A stretch of DNA of 64,000 nucleotides from Smithella sp. (GTDB lineage Bacteria; Desulfobacterota; Syntrophia; Syntrophales; Smithellaceae): positions 2,639-66,638 of the forward strand of contig JAAYKU010000256.1 in NCBI GenBank assembly GCA_012522275.1. Direction: 5' to 3'. The notes beneath the pieces are model-generated. The model did not search any database. It worked only from the letters and a program-made list of their open reading frames with translations, and was not told where the DNA came from. The position numbers were made by a program, and so were the translations under genes. This document shows, one piece after another, positions 9,945-19,239 of this stretch. Numbering within the stretch: position 1 is the stretch's first letter; each line of letters opens with the position of its first letter.

Positions 9945-9960
9945 TTCAATTTATATGCCA
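9945..9960 (-). promoter_or_regulatory. Weak sigma-54-like promoter upstream of the SLT gene
   Basis: The minus-strand reading is TGGCAT-ATAAA-TTGAA. The -24 element is perfect and the spacing is correct, but the -12 GC is replaced by GA. Confidence 0.3.
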
Positions 9961-9970
9961 AGCATCTATC

Positions 9971-11455
9971 TTAAATAATTTTTATATAAGCGTCGACAAT
10001 GTCCGGGTCAAACTGTGTGCTTTTGTTGGCAATGAGCTCGGCAATGGCTTCTTCTTTGGGCATGGCGGGTCGGTAGGTACGGTTGTTGGTCATTGCGTCG
10101 AAGGCGTCGACGACGGCCATCACGCGCGCCAGCAGAGGGATCTCTTCCCCTTTCAGCCCCAGCGGATAGCCTTTTCCGTCCCATCGTTCATGGTGACACT
10201 GGACAATTTTCCTTTCATCAGCCAGTAAAGTGATCGGTTTCAAAATGTTTTCACCTATGGTGGGATGATTTTTAATAATCATGCATTCTTCTTCCGTAAG
10301 TTTTCCCTCTTTCAATAAAATACTGTCGGGCACGGCAATCTTGCCTACATCATGAAGAACACTGGCAATTCTGATGCTTTCGATTTCCTTTTGCGTACAG
10401 CCCAGGTTCTCGGCCAGACGGACCGCTTCGTCCGTGACGCGCCGGGAGTGCTCTTCTGTGTAGTGGTCGCGCGCCTGAATGGAAGAAATCAGGGAGCGAA
10501 GCGTATCCATGATGTTTAAATATATGCTTTCATAAAGTATTTTATTTTCCAGGTTTAAAGATGCGCGTTTGGTAAGGCTCAGAATATGGTGCAGGTCCTT
10601 TTTGTTGAAAGCCTCCCGGTTTTTCTTCCTGCGGATACTTAAAATGCCGAGGATGTTATTTCTGATCATCAACGGCGCGCAAATAAGAGATGGAGCCACC
10701 TCGGGGCGGTCATTGGCATTGATGAGCACGGCCTCCCTGCGCTCGACAACTTCGTTGAATATCATTTTCAGCCTGCGTTCCTGTGTGGCATTCTGATAAA
10801 GTCCGGAGGTTTTGCCACTGGTCACTTTATCATGAAATTCATTGTCCTGTTCGTCGAAAAGCATGATGGAGCAGACTTCGCCATCGACCAGCTTCAGGGC
10901 CAGATCGGCTATCTTCTGGAAGATGATTTCATTGTCCATCGGAGATTCTTCAATGGAGTCAAAAATATAGCTCTGTTTGGACAATGTTTCGGTTTTGTCA
11001 TCGAGTTTGAGCTCGGCAAGGATCTTTTCACAGGCCTCGGGCTTAAGAAGTTGCCTCCGACGCAGATGTATGTCAACTTTATACAAAAGATCGTCAATAT
11101 CGAACGGTTTCGTCAAAAAATCGACGGCGCCTTTTTTAATGGCGCTGACAGTCAGATCGGTCGTGGGATTTCCGGTAATCATGATCACGGCAACTGCGGG
11201 ATCGCGCTGTCTTACGGCGTGCAGCAGCTCCATGCCGCTCATGCCGGGCATCATGATGTCGCTGATGATGAGATCGAAGCTGTGGCTGTCGAGGATCCGA
11301 AGAGCCTCTTCCCCGGTTTCGGCTTCCTTTGTCTGATATCGAGGATTTTGTCCGAGTGCTTCGATAATGAGATTGCGGGTTGGCGAATAATCATCCACCA
11401 CCAGTATTTTTTTCGCTTCCTTACTGTGTCTGACTAGCCGGACTGCATGTGGCAC
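9971..11455 (-). CDS. Response regulator with REC-GAF-HD-GYP architecture (putative c-di-GMP phosphodiesterase, RpfG-like)
   Basis: REC domain (ILVVDDYSPT...LIISDIMMPGMSG...). The C-terminal HD-GYP motifs are HDVGKIAVPDSIL and HHERWDGKGYPLGL. A GTG start at 11455 is preceded by GGAG. Confidence 0.85.
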   Translation of the reverse strand: MPHAVRLVRHSKEAKKILVVDDYSPTRNLIIEALGQNPRYQTKEAETGEEALRILDSHSFDLIISDIMMPGMSGMELLHAVRQRDPAVAVIMITGNPTTDLTVSAIKKGAVDFLTKPFDIDDLLYKVDIHLRRRQLLKPEACEKILAELKLDDKTETLSKQSYIFDSIEESPMDNEIIFQKIADLALKLVDGEVCSIMLFDEQDNEFHDKVTSGKTSGLYQNATQERRLKMIFNEVVERREAVLINANDRPEVAPSLICAPLMIRNNILGILSIRRKKNREAFNKKDLHHILSLTKRASLNLENKILYESIYLNIMDTLRSLISSIQARDHYTEEHSRRVTDEAVRLAENLGCTQKEIESIRIASVLHDVGKIAVPDSILLKEGKLTEEECMIIKNHPTIGENILKPITLLADERKIVQCHHERWDGKGYPLGLKGEEIPLLARVMAVVDAFDAMTNNRTYRPAMPKEEAIAELIANKSTQFDPDIVDAYIKII

Positions 11456-11535
11456 TACCGATCTCCGTGATTATTTTAATTATTTATGAAAGAACTGGAA
11501 ATGCACGATTTTCTGGAAAAAAACGTGGAATCGGA

Positions 11536-11751
11536 CTATTGATTTTCATCTTTCAGAATAACATCGCGAAGACTGTAGCTTATTTTCTCCAACTCCTCCG
11601 CTTTGTTGGCTTCTTTCGAAGACAAAGTGACAATGTCCCTGGAACTTCCGGCAGACTCCCCTTCCCTGCGCGCAGGAGTCTGCACCTTGACTCTGCTTTG
11701 CCTGATGTAGGCATTTAAGATATTGTCTACCTGATAAGCAGTAATCGTCAT
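11536..11751 (-). CDS. Small hypothetical protein (~71 aa) with its own sigma-28 promoter, immediately downstream of csrA
   Basis: ORF MTITAYQVDNILNAYIRQSRVKVQTPARREGESAGSSRDIVTLSSKEANKAEELEKISYSLRDVILKDENQ. The ATG at 11751 is preceded by GGGGAAGAAG. The ORF-track start (11811, TTG) lies upstream of the predicted transcription start. I recognise no family. Confidence 0.5.
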   Translation of the reverse strand: MTITAYQVDNILNAYIRQSRVKVQTPARREGESAGSSRDIVTLSSKEANKAEELEKISYSLRDVILKDENQ

Positions 11752-11780
11752 CTTCTTCCCCGAATACCCTTCCATGAGTT

Positions 11781-11807
11781 TTATCGGTAAACGGGGAAAA
11801 AACTTTA
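11781..11807 (-). promoter_or_regulatory. Sigma-28 (FliA) promoter, near-consensus
   Basis: The minus-strand reading is TAAAGTTT-N11-ACCGATAA, against the consensus TAAAGTTT-N11-GCCGATAA (15 of 16 positions match). Confidence 0.75.
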
Positions 11808-11859
11808 GCAAAATGAGTTACAAAATTTAAAAGGGAGAAAATATTAAACTGAATTGATT

Positions 11860-12036
11860 TTATTCAGGAATTTTATTTTCCTCTTCTGGCGGGGAGGCAT
11901 CCTCCCTATGTACCGCCAGCTCGCGGGGCGCCTCCACGCCAACACGGACATATTTGCCTTTGACCTCGAGAATCGTAATTTTTATGTTTTCACCGACAGT
12001 AATGGCCTCTCCACTTTTTCTGGTTAAAATCAGCAT
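11860..12036 (-). CDS. csrA: Carbon storage regulator CsrA (58 aa; absent from the ORF track because it is under 60 aa)
   Basis: Hand translation: [58 protein letters not shown]. This matches the CsrA signature (MLILTRK...I.V......VR.G..AP....V.R.E). It lies directly after flgL, as in many flagellar loci. Confidence 0.9.
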   Translation of the reverse strand: MLILTRKSGEAITVGENIKITILEVKGKYVRVGVEAPRELAVHREDASPPEEENKIPE

Positions 12037-12054
12037 TGTTCACCCGTTTCCATT

Positions 12055-12942
12055 TTAAAGATAACTCATTATCGTCATTTCACCGATTTTTGCCGCCATA
12101 CTGTAGGAGGCCTGCATAGCGATCTGCTTCATCAGGAAAGCGGTGATCAGAGACTCCATTTTGGCGTTTTCCACATCGGCAAGCATATTGGTGAGCTCAA
12201 GTTTCAGCTTGTCATGGTTGCTGCGCGTAAGCTCAAGAGAGCTCATTTTTGCCCCGGCTGACGTTTCCGCCTGCAAAACGCGACTCTCCAGGTTCCGCAG
12301 CAGGTCGATCTGTGCATTGATGGCATCCGTGTCGTTTGCCTCAAGCGCCACGCGAAGCGATGTCAGCGTGTCTAAAACATCCGTCCCGCCGAACGCGTCG
12401 GCGCCGGTGATGTTGTGTACAAAGGTATTGCCGTTTCCGACGAGCACCTTGAGCGGATCATCATTGCCCTGATACATGTAGGCGTCTGAGAACGTGTCAA
12501 AAACATAAGGGATGGTGTCCGTACGGGAGCCTGCAAAAATATAACTGTCCCCGTTTTTTGTGTTCATAAGTGTCATGGACTCGTCTATCAGAGATATGAC
12601 CGTCTGGGCCGAGATGGCCATTGTCTCGGGTGAACCCGTTCCCGCCTCTGATATCGCAATAGTGACCGCCTCTGCAATGATTTTTTTTACAGACGACAAT
12701 GCCGATGAGGTGATGGACAAAGCTATCTGAGCATCTGTAATATTGCTGTCGTACTGATTGATGGCATTGAGCGCCGTTCGCGAATCAAGAATTTTATTTG
12801 TGCCCACCGGGTCGTCCGAAGGGCGGTTGATCATTTTTTGTGTTGCGAGCTTTTCCATCAGATCGCTGTATTCACGCTGAATGTTCAGCATATTGGTGGT
12901 CAGCATGCTGAATTTTATATTTTCCGTCACTCTGTGAATCAT
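12055..12942 (-). CDS. flgL: Flagellar hook-filament junction protein FlgL (HAP3)
   Basis: Flagellin-like N-terminus (MIHRVTENIKFSMLTTNMLNIQ...INRPSDDPVGT) and a C-terminal helical segment. It sits after flgK. Confidence 0.85.
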   Translation of the reverse strand: MIHRVTENIKFSMLTTNMLNIQREYSDLMEKLATQKMINRPSDDPVGTNKILDSRTALNAINQYDSNITDAQIALSITSSALSSVKKIIAEAVTIAISEAGTGSPETMAISAQTVISLIDESMTLMNTKNGDSYIFAGSRTDTIPYVFDTFSDAYMYQGNDDPLKVLVGNGNTFVHNITGADAFGGTDVLDTLTSLRVALEANDTDAINAQIDLLRNLESRVLQAETSAGAKMSSLELTRSNHDKLKLELTNMLADVENAKMESLITAFLMKQIAMQASYSMAAKIGEMTIMSYL

Positions 12943-12964
12943 CTCATACGTCCTCTTTTTGTGT

Positions 12965-14356
12965 CTATCTTACCAGATTAAGCAACGTGTCGATCAATTC
13001 ATTGACTGTCGCGGTCATTCTACCTGCCGCTCCATAGGCCATCTGATATTTAATCAGATTCATCATTTCCTCGTCAAGGGATACTCCGGAGAGCTGCTCT
13101 CTTTGTTCAACCTGCTGGTTGTAAATCGTCGTTTCCCTGATCACCGCCTGCTTCGCGTCAACCGCGTCCCGGCCGATTTTCGCGATAAAAGAGTTGAAAT
13201 AACCGTCTATAGTCGTTCCAAGCACAATGTTTATTTCTGTTTTCAGCGTGGTAATGGCAGTGGCTTTGTTTCCATCCGCGTGGCTGCTTTCTGAAGCGGC
13301 GATTTTTCTCGTATCCGTCGATACTGCAATGTTGACGCTCATCGTCGCCGCTGCATTAGCAGCATCATAGATGAAAAACATCTCGCCTTGGATTCCATCC
13401 TGATCATAGCCTGAAGCGTGCAGTGTATTGACGCGATCCATCAGCGCCAGGGCGGTGGCATCGAGCATGCCGATATAGGAAGGAATAATATTATCCCTCA
13501 TTTCCAGGTATCCGCCCAGGCTTCCGCCTTTTATCCGGTCATTGAGCACTTGCGTCGGATTGTTTTCGAATACAACATCGTAAAAATTGTGGTTTGCTGT
13601 GTTTACCTGCACCTGCAGCTGCCAGCTGTTGAAGCCTTCAACCAGCGTTTTGCCCCCGTCGGGCATATAGATATAGATCGAACCATCCGATTTTTCAACG
13701 TAGTTTATATCGATTATCTTGCTGATTTCATTTAAAACCAACCCCCTCTGGTCCCGGACGGCATGGGCGGTCGAGCCTGCGTTTTCCGCACTGACGATTA
13801 GTTCATTGTAGCGGGCGACATCCTGCAAATAGCCGTTGAGTCTAGAAATCTCATCGGCAATACCGTCGTCTGCGTTTAACTGTATATCCACCAGGCTTTG
13901 CACCCGTAGATTGAACAGGCGAGAAAGATTTTCGCCGGTGGAAATGACCATATCTCTTTTTGATTTACTCAGAGGGTCAACAGAGAGGTTTCCCCAGGCA
14001 TTCAGAAAATCGGCAATTGCATCATTTATTCCGCCGCCGGCATTCTCATTGAGAATCGCCTCTATTCTCGAGAGGATGTCTTCCTGAGCGGTAAATTTGG
14101 AAAGGGATGACTGTTGTGAAATCATCTGCGATTCCAAAAACTTATCAAAAATGCGCTCTACATTGGAAATGCGTACGCCTATCTGTTCGCGACCGGACTG
14201 AGGGTCATTGGAGCCTACCGCCTCAAAAAGAGGCCTCAGGCGGGAGTAGCCGGGTGTGTTCACATTGGCGATATTACTGCCTGTGACATTGATTGCCGTC
14301 AGATTGCTCAAAAGCGCCTGTTGCGCCGTATATAAAACTTTTCCGATATCCGCCAT
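12965..14356 (-). CDS. flgK: Flagellar hook-associated protein FlgK (HAP1)
   Basis: N-terminal axial-protein motif LTAINVTGSNIANVNTPGYSR and C-terminal SGVSLDEEMMNLIKYQMAYGAAGRM. Confidence 0.9.
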   Translation of the reverse strand: MADIGKVLYTAQQALLSNLTAINVTGSNIANVNTPGYSRLRPLFEAVGSNDPQSGREQIGVRISNVERIFDKFLESQMISQQSSLSKFTAQEDILSRIEAILNENAGGGINDAIADFLNAWGNLSVDPLSKSKRDMVISTGENLSRLFNLRVQSLVDIQLNADDGIADEISRLNGYLQDVARYNELIVSAENAGSTAHAVRDQRGLVLNEISKIIDINYVEKSDGSIYIYMPDGGKTLVEGFNSWQLQVQVNTANHNFYDVVFENNPTQVLNDRIKGGSLGGYLEMRDNIIPSYIGMLDATALALMDRVNTLHASGYDQDGIQGEMFFIYDAANAAATMSVNIAVSTDTRKIAASESSHADGNKATAITTLKTEINIVLGTTIDGYFNSFIAKIGRDAVDAKQAVIRETTIYNQQVEQREQLSGVSLDEEMMNLIKYQMAYGAAGRMTATVNELIDTLLNLVR

Positions 14357-14359
14357 CTG

Positions 14360-14911
14360 TCAGCCCTCCGTGCTAAGCAGCCTGCCGTTGTTTTGCATGA
14401 TACCGATTTTCCCGTTGCCCAGATAAATTCCCGATCTTTCAAGGAGCGAGGTCAGAAATTCAAGTGATGCTTTAACATTATAGATTGATTTATCTAAAAT
14501 ATAACTGTTTTCTTTATTTATCAATTCAATCTCCGCACTGATCTGAAGAAGATCGTTTCTCAAATTTGCGATGGTCTGTCTTTTTCCGGAGCCGGCATAT
14601 ACGGCAAGTGACGCCAGACTTGCCCCTTCCTCGTTTATATCGAGATTACGGGAGATTTTCTTTAACAAGTTGATGCGCGCCTCCTGTGATATCCGGACTT
14701 TGAGGATGATATTTTCCTTGGCCGCATTGCTTTTGTTGATTTCGGCAAATGCAGACGATTTGACCAGCATGTCTTTTTCGGAGATTAAAAAGCTTTTAAG
14801 CTCCTGATAAACTGACCTTTCACTGGTTAATACGTCTATCAGCGAGTCAAACAATTCATCATTGACGGATTCTTCCAGGTGGTTGCTCAAGTGCATATTA
14901 TGCTCCAACAT
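14360..14911 (-). CDS. flgN: FlgN-like export chaperone for FlgK/FlgL
   Basis: An all-helical ~183-aa protein (LIDVLTSERSVYQELKSFLISEKDMLVK...) lying between flgM and flgK. The ATG at 14911 is preceded by AAGGA. The ORF-track N-terminal extension to 15031 is Pro/Arg-rich and unlikely to be real. Confidence 0.6.
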   Translation of the reverse strand: MLEHNMHLSNHLEESVNDELFDSLIDVLTSERSVYQELKSFLISEKDMLVKSSAFAEINKSNAAKENIILKVRISQEARINLLKKISRNLDINEEGASLASLAVYAGSGKRQTIANLRNDLLQISAEIELINKENSYILDKSIYNVKASLEFLTSLLERSGIYLGNGKIGIMQNNGRLLSTEG

Positions 14912-15056
14912 AGCAATATCCTTATCGGTTGGGGTTGGGGCAAAACGACGTGAGCTGCGAGGCGCGTCGGCGGGCGGGGCCTGAAGTTTCTCAAGCCCCG
15001 TCCGCAGCAGACGCGTTAGAGGGGGAAGCACTAAGGGGAAGACTTAGTTCTGTTCA

Positions 15057-15365
15057 TCAGGCAAACAGATCGATAATTGATTCTCCCACCATTTTGTCGG
15101 CAATCTGCTGTCCGCTCACGTTGTATGTGCCCTTATCTACCTGATCTTTAATCTCGCGAACTTTTTCCTCGCGTACATCAGGCAACTTTGACACTTCAAC
15201 TTTAGCTTTCTGAATATCCCTTGCCATGGTGGAAAGATCAACTTTTTCACTTGGTTTCACGGACGCAGCAGCCGGCTGCCTGTCAGCCGCACCGGCAGCA
15301 TTTTCGCTGCGCTGGTACTGCTGGATATACTGCGCGTTTACGTCTTTAATATCAGACACTTTCAT
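15057..15365 (-). CDS. flgM: Anti-sigma-28 factor FlgM
   Basis: The C-terminal FlgM signature is VREEKVREIKDQVDKGTYNVSGQQIADKMV. A strong RBS (AAGGAGAGG) and a sigma-28 promoter lie upstream. Confidence 0.85.
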   Translation of the reverse strand: MKVSDIKDVNAQYIQQYQRSENAAGAADRQPAAASVKPSEKVDLSTMARDIQKAKVEVSKLPDVREEKVREIKDQVDKGTYNVSGQQIADKMVGESIIDLFA

Positions 15366-15398
15366 GAAAACCTCTCCTTTTGTTGAATCTTACACCAC

Positions 15399-15426
15399 CT
15401 ATCGGCAAAATCAAGATATTACTTTA
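15399..15426 (-). promoter_or_regulatory. Sigma-28 promoter of the flgM-flgN-flgK-flgL-csrA unit
   Basis: The minus-strand reading is TAAAGTAA-N12-GCCGATAG, about 30 nt upstream of the flgM ATG. Confidence 0.65.
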
Positions 15427-15433
15427 ATTTTTT

Positions 15434-15769
15434 TCACCTCCCGGGGGAATTTATTTTGGTGAACTGTTCAAACAACATTTTTTGCAGCCCCAGACCATCG
15501 CCTTCGTTGGAAATATTTTCCGCCAATTTCTGATCTATGATCATCATATAACTGTCCTTGCCGAAGTTCATGCCGGTTTTAGCTTCCGGAACGGTCTTGC
15601 GCATTGACTTGATCAGTTCGTATGTGAAAATTGCCTCAAAGTCGGCACACGCCTTTTTAATTTTTTTGAGCTCCTCAGGAGTGTGCCTGCCGGAGACAGG
15701 AGTCGTTTTCCCTGTCTGCGCCTGCTTTGCAACATTGGGTAAAATCTGCATTGCTTTGATGCTGTCCAT
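15434..15769 (-). CDS. flgJ: Single-domain FlgJ (rod-binding domain only, no muramidase)
   Basis: Rod-binding motif KKACADFEAIFTYELIKSMRKT...MMIIDQKLAENIS. It is 111 aa and follows flgI. Confidence 0.8.
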   Translation of the reverse strand: MDSIKAMQILPNVAKQAQTGKTTPVSGRHTPEELKKIKKACADFEAIFTYELIKSMRKTVPEAKTGMNFGKDSYMMIIDQKLAENISNEGDGLGLQKMLFEQFTKINSPGR

Positions 15770-15779
15770 AAAAGATCCG

Positions 15780-16994
15780 TCAAATAATCTGAATATCGGC
15801 CTGCAGGGCGCCTGCCGCCTTGATGGCCTGCAAAATCGTAATTAAATCGCGCGGAGACACGCCGATGGCATTGAGCGCGCGGACCACTTCGAATATTGTC
15901 ACAGACTGAGGCAACAGCATCAGCTGTCTATCCTTTTCTTCCGAAACGCTCAGTGTCGTTTCCGTCGTTACAACCGTCTGACCGCCCGGCGCCATCATCG
16001 CACCGGCGGGCATTTGCGCACCGGGCTGATCCTCGGCGCGGGGTTCCGGCCCTCGTCTCTGTCCGGGCGCCAGCGGCAGAGGCTGAGACACTTTTGTCTC
16101 TTCTTTGATCTGGATGCTTAAATTTCCGTGGGCAACCGCCACCGTGGAGATGCGTACATTTTCACCCATAACCACCGTGCCTGTTTTTTCGTTCAGGATA
16201 ACCACGGCGGGGCTGTCCACTTCCACGTCAAGGGATTCTATATGGTAAACGAGCTGTGACAAAGAGCCGTCAAAATCATTCTTCGCTTTGACACTCACGG
16301 AAAAGGCGTCTAGCTGCCTGGCCTCGGCAAACGGCAATGAGCTGTTGATGGAGGCGGCCATGCGGGTGGCGGTGGTAAAATCGGGCTGCTGCAGATTGAT
16401 CATTAACGTCTTTTTCGCGTCAAAATCATAGGCTAGTTCCTTTTCCACCGTGGCTCCGCTGGATATTCTGCCGACCGTCGTATGATTTTTGGCCGCACCC
16501 CCGCCCGCGCCGCCGGCGGAATAGCCGCCCAGCGAGATCGGACCTTGCGCTACCGCATATATCTCGCCGTCCGCACCGCGCAAAGCAGTCATCAGCAGCG
16601 TCCCTCCCTGCAGGCTTTTGGCAGAACCTACGGAAGAAACCGCCACGTCGATTTTCGACCCGTTTTTGGCAAAGGGAGGGAGAATACCTGTTACCATGAC
16701 GGCCGCGATATTATCGGCCTTCAAAGCGGACGTCTTGTCTTTCATGGTCAGACCCTGACGGTTCATGATGTTTGCCAGGGAGGCGGCCGTGAAAAGGTTT
16801 TTCGCCAGGTCGTCGCCCGTGCCGGCCAGGCCGACTACCACACCGTAGCCTATGAGCTGGTTGTCGCGGACCCCGCCGATGGTGGCGATATCCTTGATTC
16901 TGGCGGCGAAGCAAATACCGGTCGATAAAAACAGGAGCACAAGCGCCGCAATCAAAGTTTTCATCATTTTTCTTGTCATGTTCATCTCCGTCAT
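15780..16994 (-). CDS. flgI: Flagellar P-ring protein FlgI
   Basis: A signal peptide is followed by RIKDIATIGGVRDNQLIGYGVVVGLAGTGD. The C-terminus is LNAIGVSPRDLITILQAIKAAGALQADIQII. Confidence 0.95.
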   Translation of the reverse strand: MTEMNMTRKMMKTLIAALVLLFLSTGICFAARIKDIATIGGVRDNQLIGYGVVVGLAGTGDDLAKNLFTAASLANIMNRQGLTMKDKTSALKADNIAAVMVTGILPPFAKNGSKIDVAVSSVGSAKSLQGGTLLMTALRGADGEIYAVAQGPISLGGYSAGGAGGGAAKNHTTVGRISSGATVEKELAYDFDAKKTLMINLQQPDFTTATRMAASINSSLPFAEARQLDAFSVSVKAKNDFDGSLSQLVYHIESLDVEVDSPAVVILNEKTGTVVMGENVRISTVAVAHGNLSIQIKEETKVSQPLPLAPGQRRGPEPRAEDQPGAQMPAGAMMAPGGQTVVTTETTLSVSEEKDRQLMLLPQSVTIFEVVRALNAIGVSPRDLITILQAIKAAGALQADIQII

Positions 16995-17003
16995 GTTGCC
17001 GTT

Positions 17004-17699
17004 TTAAAAGGGCCAGACCCAATCTACGATGCGCGTTGCCCAGCCTGGTCTCATTTTGTCGTTGATTACTCCCGTTCCCGTAAAAATTATATGCGCGTCT
17101 GAAATATATTGAGACGCGATGGTGTTTTCCGCGGTGATATCCTGCGGCCTGATGATCCCGCTGATAATCAGATACTGGTCTTCGGCGTTGATCGTCACCT
17201 GCCTGCGCCCCTCGATCATCAGGTCGCCGTTATCCATCACACGAATGACGCGCGCGCTGATTCTGGCCACCAATGTATTGTTGCGGCTTGTGTCTCCCTG
17301 CCCTTTCATGCTGTTGGTGTGTTTGCCGCCAATGGCAATCTCGCCGCCCAGGTTGGCGTTTTTACCGATAATATAATTGTCGAGCCCCAAAAAAGCGTCG
17401 ATATTCGCACTGGTCGAGGCGTTACGGCTGGTGCCGGTGCTTGCCTTGTTGCCGCCCGAGGCCGCTTCCGCAACAAGAATTGTCACGATATCATTAACAT
17501 ACCTCGCCTTTTTATCTGTGAAAATCATGCTTTTGTCGCTTTCGCCGCGCCAGATGGCGCCCGGCGCCGCCTCGGGCGCAGGCTGAAGCGGCACGGCAAC
17601 AACATCCGGCCTTGCAACGGTTTTCGTCTGCCAGCAGCCTGCGGTGATCAACACGGCAAGGGCCGTAAAAATCAAAATGGTCGATTTGTTTATTTTCAT
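17004..17699 (-). CDS. flgH: Flagellar L-ring lipoprotein FlgH
   Basis: Lipobox LITAGC, then [20 protein letters not shown] and [32 protein letters not shown]. Confidence 0.95.
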   Translation of the reverse strand: MKINKSTILIFTALAVLITAGCWQTKTVARPDVVAVPLQPAPEAAPGAIWRGESDKSMIFTDKKARYVNDIVTILVAEAASGGNKASTGTSRNASTSANIDAFLGLDNYIIGKNANLGGEIAIGGKHTNSMKGQGDTSRNNTLVARISARVIRVMDNGDLMIEGRRQVTINAEDQYLIISGIIRPQDITAENTIASQYISDAHIIFTGTGVINDKMRPGWATRIVDWVWPF

Positions 17700-17714
17700 A
17701 AATGCCTCTTTTCC

Positions 17715-18437
17715 TTAAAAATCCACCTGGACCCTGGACGGGCCTACGACCCGCGCGTAAATGATTTTATTGGAATTAAGATTGCGGACTTTGATCACTG
17801 TGTCGTCCGCCCCGTCTTCTTCCGCCAGGCCGTTCATGACTATTCTCATCAGTCCGTTGTCCGCAACGACCTGTACCATCTTTCCTTTTCTGACTGTCTT
17901 GACTTCCCTGAGCATATTGCGCGTAATCTGGGCATGCGGCCTGAGTGATACGGCAATGTTTTTGCCTGTGACCTCATCGACGCAGGAGATGGAATTTGCC
18001 GGGATGCGGCGCACCCATTTCTTCTGCACGGTCACGTCTTCATCCGTTATGATCGAGCTCTTCCCGATGGCCTTGAGACTGACGACAAAGTCGCGCAGCA
18101 CTTCGATGCGCACACGGATCGTTTCCTCCTTCAGGAAAACACCGTTTTTGAAGATGCGCACATTGAATGACGTATCTCCGATATACTCCTCACCCGGCCT
18201 GCCTGTTATCTGCCAGGTCAGACCGCCCGGATCGTTTTCCAATGACGGGATACGCGACAGAAGCTCGATGCGCACACAGTCTTCATGGTGGAGTGAATTT
18301 TCCTCGATGTATTCTTTTAAATGCTGCACAAGCTGATTTTCGTCACTGGGCGCGGCACAGGCGTACACAGCGGCCCGTTCAACGGCCATAAAAACAAGCA
18401 GGAAAACCAGCAGATATTTCAGGCATGCTTTTGTCAT
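17715..18437 (-). CDS. flgA: P-ring assembly chaperone FlgA
   Basis: Signal peptide plus a C-terminal SAF/FlgA domain (RKGKMVQVVADNGLMRIVMNGLAEEDGADDTVIKVRNLNSNKIIYARV). It lies between flgG and flgH. Confidence 0.8.
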   Translation of the reverse strand: MTKACLKYLLVFLLVFMAVERAAVYACAAPSDENQLVQHLKEYIEENSLHHEDCVRIELLSRIPSLENDPGGLTWQITGRPGEEYIGDTSFNVRIFKNGVFLKEETIRVRIEVLRDFVVSLKAIGKSSIITDEDVTVQKKWVRRIPANSISCVDEVTGKNIAVSLRPHAQITRNMLREVKTVRKGKMVQVVADNGLMRIVMNGLAEEDGADDTVIKVRNLNSNKIIYARVVGPSRVQVDF

Positions 18438-18440
18438 CTT

Positions 18441-19226
18441 TTACGACCTCTTCAGACCCGCGATGATACCCAGCATGGAGTCCGCCGTCTGTATTGCTTT
18501 GGAGTTTATTTCATAGGCGCGCTGCCCGACAATCATCCGCACCATTTCATCGATGACATTGACATTGGACATTTCCAGGAAATTCTGCGAGATGGTTCCG
18601 ATGCCGTCCTCGCCGGGGTTGCCGGTAATCGGCTCGCCGGAGGCCTCTGATTTCGCGTAGAGGTTCCTGCCTGTCGCGGTAAGGCCCGCCGGATTGGGAA
18701 AAATCGCCAGCTCCAGCCTGCCGGTGGCCAGGGGGTTTCCCTCCTGATCCGCCGCGGTCCAGGTTCCGCCCGTGTCCACCGTGAAGGAAACTGTTCCCGT
18801 CGGTACGGTTATGTTCGGCAACAGCGGAAGGCCTTCCGAGTTTACAATCAGCCCGTCACGATTGATTTTGAAATTTCCCGCCCGCCCGTAGTAAGTTTCG
18901 CCGTTGTCGTCGAACTGGAAAAAACCGTCTTTTTCGATCGCCCAGTCAAATTGATTGCCGGTTTGCTGATAATCGCCCTGCAGGAACATTCTCTGCGTGG
19001 AAATGGGCTTGACGCCCATGCCGATTTCGATGCCGACGGGCAATTGATTTCCCTGCGAAGTCTCCGCCCCTGATTTGGCATAAATCTGGTACATCAGATC
19101 CTGAAAATCGGCCCGCGATTTCTTGAATCCAACCGTGTTGACGTTTGCCAGGTTGTTGGCCACGATGTCCTGCTCGATCTGCTGCGCCACCATACCGGTG
19201 GCGGCCGTCCACAGTGATCTCATCAT
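18441..19226 (-). CDS. flgG: Distal rod protein FlgG
   Basis: N-terminus MMRSLWTAATGMVAQQ...NNLANVNTVGFKKSR and C-terminus LEMSNVNVIDEMVRMIVGQRAYEINSKAIQTADSML. Confidence 0.95.
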   Translation of the reverse strand: MMRSLWTAATGMVAQQIEQDIVANNLANVNTVGFKKSRADFQDLMYQIYAKSGAETSQGNQLPVGIEIGMGVKPISTQRMFLQGDYQQTGNQFDWAIEKDGFFQFDDNGETYYGRAGNFKINRDGLIVNSEGLPLLPNITVPTGTVSFTVDTGGTWTAADQEGNPLATGRLELAIFPNPAGLTATGRNLYAKSEASGEPITGNPGEDGIGTISQNFLEMSNVNVIDEMVRMIVGQRAYEINSKAIQTADSMLGIIAGLKRS

Positions 19227-19239
19227 AATGTTTGTCCCC

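Noticed and set aside
17863-17878. Sigma-54-like sequence TGGTAC-AGGTCG-TTGC on the minus strand
   Set aside because: The spacer is 6 nt instead of 5, and the site lies inside the flgA coding sequence.
17109-17948. 279-aa plus-strand ORF spanning flgH and flgA
   Set aside because: It is antisense to two well-supported genes and crosses their junction, and its translation is Arg/His/Gly-rich. The same reasoning applies to 58884..59708, 45688..46368, 10832..11437, 6139..6678 and the other antisense ORFs in the track.
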